The notes beneath the pieces are model-generated. The model searched no databases, was not told the origin of the DNA, and was given only the letters and a program-made list of their open reading frames with translations. Made by a program: the position numbers and the translations under genes. Positions 30,991 to 44,362 of a stretch of 44,362 nt of DNA are shown here, one piece after another. Origin of the DNA: Salpingoeca rosetta (lineage: Eukaryota > Protista > Choanoflagellata); NCBI GenBank assembly GCA_033442325.1, contig JAWQFM010000007.1, positions 1,288,008 through 1,332,369 on the forward strand, in the 5' to 3' direction. Position 1 is the stretch's first letter, and each line of letters starts with the position of its first letter.

Positions 30991-31809
30991 ATGACGGAAG
31001 AAGAGCAGCAGAGATACCCTTGGATGCATCCCGCCCTGCCACGAGCACAGGCTGAAGGTGCGTGCTGTGGAATGGTTGGTTTTGAGCTGTTTGAGCTGAT
31101 GTGACCTCCTTCTCGCTGTGAATGCATGATTCAACCTCGCTTTGTTTGGCATTGCAGGACAGTGCTACGCGTTGCACGCACGCACCTGCTTTTTGCCACA
31201 TCACACTCAGCACCCTGCGCGTTGACTCGCTCCATTATCTCACCAAGCACTTGAGACGTTGGCTTCTCTTTGCGCTCACTTGCTTGCTTTCTTGCCTTCA
31301 TTGCGCCGCTCTCGCCATCATCATGTAGAGCTGCTGCTGCAGGCGAAGGGCGAGGATGGCCTGTTCTTTCTTCGCGAACGCAACAAGCATCCAGGAGACT
31401 ATGTCATGTGTCTGCAATTCAAAGGCAGACCGACGCACCACCTCCTGCAACGCAACGACAAGGGCTTGTGGACCATCAACAAGACACAATATGGCGAATG
31501 CAGGACACTGGAAGAGGTCTCCAGCCCCGTGCATGTGTCGTGTCTATTGACCGCCCGCAACCTCTCAAACACCGAGCGATCGACCCATGATTATCTGCCT
31601 CCTCACCTGCCCGTTTACACGCGCACGCACGTACACGACTGCCTTGATGATGTGACAGGTGATTGAGCACTTGCGAACTAAGCAGCAAGGGTGGCCCGTG
31701 GTACTGGGAGACTATGTCCCGAACCTCCTGCACCAACAAAAGCAAGCCGCCGAAAACGGGCATGCGTCGCTATCGACAGCACCACCCGCACAGCAACAGC
31801 AGCAACATC

Positions 31810-31840
<31 letters not shown>

Positions 31841-34787
31841 ACAGCAACAACAGCAACAGCAGGCACATACGATTTCAATGACAGCATCTCAAGAGACACC
31901 GCCAGAAACGGCAACAAACCCAACTTATTTACACACCGAAAAGAACCAAGAGCAACAGCAGCAACAGCAGGCGGCTGTGCCCAAGCAATCGTCCACCACA
32001 ACCACACCACCGTCCACTCCAACCACCCCAAGCATGGGCATTGCTGTTGAGCACTTGCCATACTATCACGGAAAGCTGGACCGCAAGCAAGCCGAAGGTG
32101 CACACTCACTCACACGCCCGTATCCTTGCAAGAGCTTTTGCTTCCTGGCATGCTTTTGCTTCGTGGCATGCTTTGCTTCCTGCGACTTGCTTTGCTCTGG
32201 TACCTGTTTCCTCACACCTCCTTTGCCCTTTCGTTTTGCTTTGTTTTGTTCATCTCACATCACATGTCCCCGCCTTTGCATGCTCCATGGACACAGCAAC
32301 GCTACAATCCTATGCGGAGAAGGAAGGTCTTTCGTCCATCAACAGCGTGTGGCTGCTGAGGCAGCGTGCAAACTCGGATGTGAGCGTTTGAACCATGTCC
32401 TTGTGGGAGCCCCCTTGGTTTGGTTGTGAGCAGTGCTTTGTCGTGTACTTTTCATTGCGAGCTTGACACTGGTGCGCAGGTTCTTTCACAATTTGTTGAC
32501 CTGACTCACACTGGTTGTCTGTCACACACGATCTGCCTCCCATGCTTCCATTCAGCTTGCCATCACCATCGGGTTTGCCAACAAACCCACCCACCACCTC
32601 ATCAAGCAAACGAATGGAACCCTGTCCATTAACGCAACATCCACAGATGCCAAAACCGCCGAAGAGGTCTGCACCCTCAGAGTGCGCATGTGTGCGTGTG
32701 TGCATATGTGTCTGTATGTAAATGTGTGTGCATGTGTGTGTATGTGTGTGTATGTGTGTGTGTGATCAATTTCTGTGTCATGTGTACAGATCAACAACTC
32801 TTGTTTGTGCATTGTGCTGTGGCGCGACCTCACTAAAGAATCTTGCTTCTCGCCCATGATTGCTTAAACCCGGCCGTCCAGTTGATTGCCATTCTCGAGA
32901 AGCGGCCCAAGTTCTGGCCGGCAGCCCTGACACACCCCGTGCCGCGAGCAGGGTCGCCGCAACAAGCAGCACCCACCGCATCGTCTGCATCGGCGACAGC
33001 AACGACAGCGGCAGCACCCACAGCCACTGGGCACACAAACACCTCGCAGCCGTCAACAGGCACCACTGCCACTACCGCCGCCAACGCAGCACGGTCCACG
33101 TCTTCAAGCCAGCCGAAACCAGCACAGACGAAGCAGGCCATCAACGGCATGACGCTCTCGGCAACAGACACAGACAGCAGCAAGCCGCATCAGCAACAGC
33201 AAGGACAGCAACCCAGCAATTCATTTGTGGGCATTGCCCCGGAACCGCGCGAAGCGTGAGTTGTCACAATCGTGGTGCTGCGTGACGCGTTGTTTGCGAG
33301 GTCTTTCCTTTCCTGTGTCACTCATTATTTGTACAGCACGCAGCGCAACCGTCCATGCGTCCTGCATACGCAAGCGCATGCACACACACACATACACACA
33401 TACACACACACACACTGCGTCGTGGTTTTCAGCTGACACTTTTTTCTTGCTCATCTGCGACTTAACATCTGCCTTGTGCATGTGGGGTTTCTTCACTTGC
33501 CTTTTGCTTGCAGGGACATTCCACATCCCGGTCTACCTCGAGATCCCCATTTGCTGCGGGCGATGATTGACGAGACGCCGAAACTGCCGGTGCACCTTCA
33601 TCGCAAGGACGTCAGCATTTCCTTTGGCTTTGGCCTCAACAGCTTGTGAGTGGTTGACATGGTTGGTGTGATAGGCATATCCATGCAGGTGTGCATGCAC
33701 GCAGGCGCACGTGCACCCCATTTCTTGCATGAGCACATATCGACAGGTTCTGCTGCAACCACACGCCACTTCTCAGCTTCTCATGACGCGTGCCTGCATG
33801 CTCCCTACGGCTGGTGCTGCGCTCTGTTTTTTTACAGCACACCACCGGTGGTAACAAAGTCTTTAGCAGATGGGTTGGCATACAAGGCGGGTCTTCGTCG
33901 GGGCGATTTGGTGTTGCGAATCAACACGCTCGTAAGTGCTGTGCGCTGCATGCATGTGGCTTGTGGCGTTGCCGGTGGCAATGAAGTGTATCTAACGTTG
34001 AATATTGCTTTGCTTCTCGTACATATGCCCCAAGGCTTGCACGTGACTTGCACATCCTTCCTTCCCATTGTGATGTGATGCTGACTCAAAGTGACTGCTT
34101 GCTTGCATGCATGCATACACGCACGCACGTTAGGATGCAACGGCTGCCGCATACGATCAGGTGTTGGAAGAGCTGAAAAACGCGGGTACAGACGTGGACA
34201 TTCTTGCTGTGCGCCCGGATATGATGCTCAAGAGCGCCATCCGCCAGGGTATGTGTGTGCATGTGTGCGGGTGCATGTGTGCGGGTGCGGGTGTGAGCGG
34301 ATGTGAGTCTCTGATATGCTGCTTGCCTGCGTCACTGCCCAACTTCCTTAGTTCGCTGCTCTTCACTGGTGCAACCCAGCACCGCAACACTTTCTCACAT
34401 TGTGTGTGTATGTGTGTTTGTGGATGCGCAGGCGGAAGAGTGCGACGCAGCATTGGCCGACGAAGTTCAGACGCAAGAAGTACGTTTGGTGCTGCTGCAT
34501 GGGCTGCCCACCCTGAGCCCTCAGACCCAGCCATGTGCTTGCTCAAAGTGCTTGAAAAACAGCCACAGCCTCAAGCACAAGCTTGTCGCCGAGGGGCAGC
34601 TTGCCCTTGGTCCATGTTATCCTCTGCCAACTCCCATGTCATATCATTTTCACGTCACTTTACACTTGTTTCGTTGCCTCACGTACACCAAAACTCCCAC
34701 ATCATGTTGTTGCTTGTGCGTTGCACAGACCCGTACGCGCAGCACGAATCCGACGAAGAAATGGAGGGCTACTGCTCGGATGAGTAG
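30991..34787 (+). CDS. SH2-SH2-PDZ adaptor protein (11 exons)
   Basis: Exons approx. 30991-31057, 31329-31516, 31659-32097, 32297-32379, 32556-32666, 32882-33255, 33514-33645, 33838-33931, 34134-34247, 34432-34479, 34729-34787. SH2-1: YPWMHPALPRAQAEELL...GLFFLRER. SH2-2: PYYHGKLDRKQAE...WLLRQR. PDZ: HRKDVSISFGFGL...GLAYKAGLRRGDLVLRIN. Confidence 0.88.
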
Positions 34788-35752
34788 CTGCCAACGCGTC
34801 GAGACACGCGCTCGTCACAAGACATCGTCATGTGTGGTTGTTTGTGTTCCTGTCGTCCTGTTGGCATTCATTCCCGTTTGCTGACTTGCTCATGCTGCAT
34901 GCAAGCAAGTAACTTTGGTGAAGCTTGCGTCCCCTCCTCCTATTCCTTTCCCTCTTTCTCGTTAGCATCCTGCGATCTTGCTATCTTGCTACCTTGTACT
35001 TCAGTGCCCCTCATCGCTCCATTCCCTTCGATACCTTGCTTGCTTGCTCAAGCGCTCAACCTCCACATCACTCTGTCTGGCACTGCCTTGTTTCTTCCTT
35101 CCTTGTCAGCCGAGGCCCAGCCGTCACGCACGTGCCTCATTGACTGTGTTGGCACAGAAGGCACGCAGCATTCCTTCGTCCCACTTCCTGTTCACTTCCT
35201 CCTCTGTCTTTGCTTGCTCCTTGATTCCTTTTCCTCTTCTGTTGCTACTAGTTGTCTTCTCGCATTACTACTCCCTTCAGCTTCTTCTTGTTTTGGCTGT
35301 GCTTGCGTGTGCTTCTGTCTAACAGTGTGATGTTGAACGATAGCGGTTCGTTGTTTCATGTTGTGCCAAATCACCGCTTCCTCTCTTCCATCCCACACTG
35401 TCTCTTCCCCAGCACCATCGTTACCCGTTCGCAGGCACACTGCGTGGTGGCCTTGCATAGAGTTGCCGAAGAGATAACATTCATCATCATCATGATCATC
35501 ATCATTTATATCACCCAGCCAACGAGACAACGACACCGTATGTCATCATCACACACGCGCACGTACGTATGCAAGCACAGCAGTGTTTGAAGGAGGCGCC
35601 ATTAAGGGTGGTGGAAGCAGGCACAAAAAAGCAACCGCAGTGTGCGTGTGTGCTGCGTGCAATGCACCGAGAATGCCTGAGGGATGGCTGGAAAGCACGA
35701 ACATGGCCACCCAACACAGAGGGCAGTGTCTGAAACGCAGACCACGCATGTG

Positions 35753-37078
35753 CTATTGCCGGCGTTGCTGGCTGTGGTCGCTGTTGGGGTGAGTGTGGAA
35801 TTGGTGTTGATGGCCCTGGTTTTGCTGTTGCAAGTGGTGGTGGTGGTGGTGGTGTGGGGCATGCGACGGCATGCTGTCGTTGTTGTCGGCGAACAGAGGC
35901 AGGACGTGTCCGCTGGCATCCTCGGCAGCCGCTGCACAGTGCTGTTCGTGCTGCTGCTGGTGCGGCTGATGTTGCTGGTGCTTGTAATGTTGCTGGTGCT
36001 GGTAGTGTTGCCGTTGTTGTCTGCGCGGGGGAAGGAGGGCTTCCTGTGCAAACGCGACGGCGCTCGCGTGCCCCACTTGATACAGGATGTGGGCCTCGCT
36101 CTCTGCTGGGGGCTTGAAGGCAGTGAGGACGGAGTGGGACAGGCCGAGCTTGACGCGGCTCTGGAGATGCGGCCCAATGTGCACGGTGCTACCCATACAA
36201 GCGGTGACGCTGCGTGGGAATGGACACACGTTCACGGCGCCTGCGAGGCGGACGGGGTCGCTTGGGATGAGCCGAGGGATGCCGCCGTCAATGGCGCGCT
36301 GCTGCCGGAAGTGGGTGTGGAGGTGGCCGTTCAGGTACAGGGGCACAAAGCACGAGGCTGTGAGCGCTTCAACCAGGTCCGTGCGGCTATGGAAGTGGTC
36401 GAAAAGGACTGGCTTGCGGGGGTTGTTGAGCAAAGTGACGGCGACAAGCGCCCTGCCGTCCAGCTGCAAGTGGAGGTCGTCCGACACGAACATGTCCAGG
36501 GCGTGGTTCAGATACACGCCGGCCTTGCCCCGCAGCCAGCGCTTGTCGCGGCGACATTGCTCGCCCATGGTGATGTAGCAGTCCATGAGCGCCGTTGTGG
36601 GGAGGTCACCTGCAGCGGCACACGCCACGAGCGAGCCTGCGGAGGCGCCTGCGAAGACGGTGCTTGGCCCCAGCAGCTTCAGCGTGCGCAACGCGTCAAG
36701 AACACCCAAGTGGTAGACGAGCAGCCATCCTGCTCCGCTAAAGGAGACGGCCCTGAGCTTCCCACTCTCGTCCAAGAAGGGAGAGAAGGGGGACGACGCG
36801 TTCTCTTGGGTTGCTGCGTCTGCTGCTGCCCTTGCTGCATCTGCTGTTGCTGGTGTTCTGCGAGTTGCATGCTTGCTGGTGCTGGCGTCGTCGGTGTCAA
36901 TGTGCTGCTGGGTGTGTGCTTGGCGAAGCAGCGGTGCCGTCTGGGCCAACATGTGCAGTCGCGCGGCCGGGGCCACAGCCAAGCGGTGATACGTCATGCT
37001 TATGGCGCTGTTGACCACACGCCCGCATTCACACCGTAACCGTGCCTGCTGCAGCAACAGCGCACCTGCTATCCGCAT
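35753..37078 (-). CDS. Patatin-like phospholipase (PNPLA/ATGL-like family), intronless, about 441 aa
   Basis: Single ORF with the oxyanion motif SFSGAGWLLVYHLGV, the nucleophile motif GASAG and the catalytic DGG. The start at MRIAGA (37078) is inferred; a downstream Met is possible. Confidence 0.9.
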   Translation of the reverse strand: MRIAGALLLQQARLRCECGRVVNSAISMTYHRLAVAPAARLHMLAQTAPLLRQAHTQQHIDTDDASTSKHATRRTPATADAARAAADAATQENASSPFSPFLDESGKLRAVSFSGAGWLLVYHLGVLDALRTLKLLGPSTVFAGASAGSLVACAAAGDLPTTALMDCYITMGEQCRRDKRWLRGKAGVYLNHALDMFVSDDLHLQLDGRALVAVTLLNNPRKPVLFDHFHSRTDLVEALTASCFVPLYLNGHLHTHFRQQRAIDGGIPRLIPSDPVRLAGAVNVCPFPRSVTACMGSTVHIGPHLQSRVKLGLSHSVLTAFKPPAESEAHILYQVGHASAVAFAQEALLPPRRQQRQHYQHQQHYKHQQHQPHQQQHEQHCAAAAEDASGHVLPLFADNNDSMPSHAPHHHHHHHLQQQNQGHQHQFHTHPNSDHSQQRRQ

Positions 37079-37376
37079 GCTTCGCTTGCAGCTTGTTGCT
37101 TGTTGCTGCTGGACAAGGGCGACGAGAACGAATGGCCAAATCCTTCTTGCTCCTTTTTGCTGTTTTTTGTTTTGTGTGTGCGTGTGTGCATTTTGCCAAG
37201 CGACAGAGGATAAGGGTGGTGGAGGTGTGCTGTTGTTTGCCAGAGCAAGCAAGGAAGCGAATAGAAGAGGGTCAGAATGGATGTGGCAATGAGTGAGCCC
37301 GCGCAGTTGGCAGAGACTGCCGATGCCGTTGCTGAGATCTTGACGGCACTTGCAGGTCAGTGAGCATGGGTGTGTG

Positions 37377-37414
<38 letters not shown>

Positions 37415-37480
37415 CTGCTTCCAACTCCTCCCCCAACCCCTCTCTGTCCCTGTCTCTGTCTCTGTTTGTCTGTCTGTCTG

Positions 37481-37534
<54 letters not shown>

Positions 37535-37692
37535 TCACTCACTCACTCACTCACTCACTCACTCACTCACTCACTCACTCACCTCGGGTATGCTCCTCTT
37601 CACTCACTGCCTCTCTGCGCCCCCCCCCCCTCTCAAACACCTTTTCCCTTTCCACCGTTCCAACGCTGCATCAACCACGAGTAGAGCCCGAC

Positions 37693-42076
<4,384 letters not shown>

Positions 42077-42117
42077 GCAGCCTTGCGAGCCTTGCTGCCG
42101 TCGATGGAGGGGGGCGG

Positions 42118-42215
<98 letters not shown>

Positions 42216-42472
42216 TTTGCTGTGGCTGTTTCGCTGCTTCCTTGCCGCTTTGCTGCTTTTGGTTGTATTGCCACGTAACCGCCTGACGAAGTTTTGTTGG
42301 CATTTTACATAAAAGACGAAATCCAAACAAATCAACAACAAACGCGCAACCAACCACAAAGCAACAAACAAACGAGCACCCACCATTGTCCTTCGCTCGC
42401 TCCGCACCTTTCCTTCCTATCTGGCTGACATCCCCTTCCCATCCCTTCCATCCCTTGCTTGTGTGGGTCGAG

Positions 42473-42705
42473 ATGGGAGACAGTCGACCATTTGAGACTG
42501 TGGTGCAGCCTGGAACTGCTTTGGGGCCGTTCCTGCTCGGCTCCACCATCAACACGGTCATTGCGTTCCTCAAAGAGAACTTTGAAACGTTCCACGCCGT
42601 CGACTTTGTCTACAACTCCGAGGTGTGTGTGTATGTGTGTGCGTGCGTGCGTGCGTGTGTGTGTGGGTGGGTGTGATGTGTGTGTGCGCGTGTGGGCGTG
42701 CGTGG

Positions 42706-42742
<37 letters not shown>

Positions 42743-44076
42743 TGTGTGTGTGTGTGAGTGTGAGTGTGTGTGAGTGCGGGTGAGAGAATGTGTGTGTGCG
42801 CGCATAAGTTCGGTTTTCGTGGTGCACAGCATGCGGCAGCGTCCTTGATCGCCCCTCACGCCAAGTTCGAATGTGTGCACGCGTGCGCCATCTGCCGTCG
42901 TCTGTGCACAACGAACAGAACCCGCTTGGCCAGGACCTCTTGCTCAACATTGACGAGTACTGCTTGCAGCTGCGCTTTGATCCGCAAAACCAATGCCTCA
43001 AGGTACGTGCGAGCGGGTGTGTCCACGTACATGTGCATACCTCCATCTGCTCCTTTTCTTGCTTGTTGAACTTGCTTCTGTGTTTTTCTCGTGTGGCTGG
43101 AGTGTGTGGCCTTGTATTCACGACCGGCCCGCTGTATCATGTTCCTCTTCCCAGGCGATTGAGGTGTACGGCTTTGACAACATTCGACTTCAATACGAGT
43201 GAGCGTGCTCTGTGTGTGTGCGTTGTGTGTGCGTTGTGTGTGTGTGCGTTGTGTGTGTGCGTGTGTGTGTGTGCGTTGTGCGTGTGTGCGTGTGTGCGTG
43301 TGCGTGTGCGTGTACGCGTTTGTCTGACTTTGGCAGCTCACCAACGCTTGCGCCACCTAACACCCTTCCGCCCATATGAAGGAAATCTGCGTTTGGGGGC
43401 CAGCCCGTATGCGACTATGGCTTCCGTGAAATCCATCAAGTGTTCGGCATCACGCGTGCAGGTTGATCACTTGGCGACAACGCCGCTTGCTCGTGCTCCT
43501 CATGATTGTCGTGTTGCTGTGGTTGAAAGTGAATTGTTTTTCTCGAATGCTTCGCGCGATCGCCATTGACATTGGCCGAACCACACGCTGTCCACGCTGT
43601 CCACGCTGTCCATGGCACAGACTTCAACTCGGTGGAGAAGGCCTACTTCCTCGACTACCCCGGCTTGCGCCTGGGCTTCAACGTCCCCGAGAAATGGGTG
43701 GTGTGTTGAGCAACACGTTGCAAGTGTTGTGTGTGTGTGTGTGTTTTTGTGTGTTTTGTGTGTGTATGTGTGTATGCGCGTGTACGCGTGTGTGCGTGTG
43801 TGTGCGAATATTGTGGTAGTGAACTGCGTATTTTTGTGCGATCTTGACCGCTTTCCTGCATGCACTCTATCGCTTCAGTCGTTGGGTTTGTTGCGTTGCT
43901 TGCATGTGTGCGTACACGTGCGCCGTCAATAGTCTTTGTCCTCAATGTGTTGTGCGTGTGTAAACCATGTCTTGGGCTGCAGCAAACGTATGCACACAAG
44001 AAGGCAGACTTGGCACAGTCGCTCGCATTTCCAGACGGCGAGACTGCCACCCTGTCTTCACTTCTCGTGTTTTGCG
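42473..44076 (+). CDS. PHAF1: PHAF1 / C16orf70 (UPF0183) homologue, 3' part outside the window
   Basis: Exons approx. 42473-42622, 42919-43002, 43155-43198, 43382-43461, 43621-43697, 43983-44076 give VVQPGTALGPFLLG...YNSENPLGQDLLLNI...LRFDPQNQCLKAIEVY...IHQVFGIT...YFLDYPGL...SLAFPDG, colinear with UPF0183 proteins. Confidence 0.85.
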
Positions 44077-44258
44077 GTGCGTTGCCTCACCGTTCATGTG
44101 CGCGGTCACATGCTTCATTCATTGTGTCTCACAGCCATCACCTGAGCTGCTTCTGACGCCATTCAGACACCAGTGCACACATATTTTGACACATGAATTG
44201 ATGTACAGCCTCAACGATGACTGCGACGCACTTTTAAATTCTCACACCCCCACGTTCT

Positions 44259-44362
<104 letters not shown>

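Noticed and set aside
35192-35536. 114-aa minus-strand ORF between the convergent SH2-PDZ and PNPLA genes
   Set aside because: No domain or splice support; most likely 3' UTR or spacer.
35684-37039. 451-aa plus-strand ORF antisense to the patatin gene
   Set aside because: Shadow ORF expected from GC-rich codon usage. It has no motifs, and its hydrophobic stretches mirror the His/Gln codons of the real gene.
42266-42280. ATTGCCACGTAAC X-box-like string upstream of PHAF1
   Set aside because: Both half-sites deviate from the consensus and PHAF1 has no ciliary link that I know of; too weak to call.

Overview
Eukaryotic, intron-dense genomic DNA saturated with (CA)n/(GT)n, (CAA)n and (GA)n microsatellites. 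The gene content and style suggest a choanoflagellate such as Salpingoeca rosetta (inference). Most ORF-track entries are repeat artefacts. Manual GT-AG splicing gives 11 protein-coding genes: a 5'-truncated low-complexity protein (+), a 120-aa coiled-coil+SH3 protein (-), golgin TMF1 (-), a small membrane/coiled-coil/polyQ protein (+), mitoribosomal mL63/MRPL57 (-, not visible as one ORF), an inversin-like ankyrin-IQ protein (+), a large ankyrin/polyQ protein (-), an SH2-SH2-PDZ adaptor (+), an intronless patatin-like lipase (-), a tandem-Costars protein (+) and 3'-truncated PHAF1/C16orf70 (+). Eight of the genes form four consecutive head-to-head pairs. I saw no RNA genes, transposons or CRISPR arrays. 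The most striking non-coding signal is intron polarity: GU-rich repeats follow donors and complementary AC-rich repeats precede acceptors, often where a polypyrimidine tract would be expected. Exon coordinates were derived by eye and may be off by a few bases.
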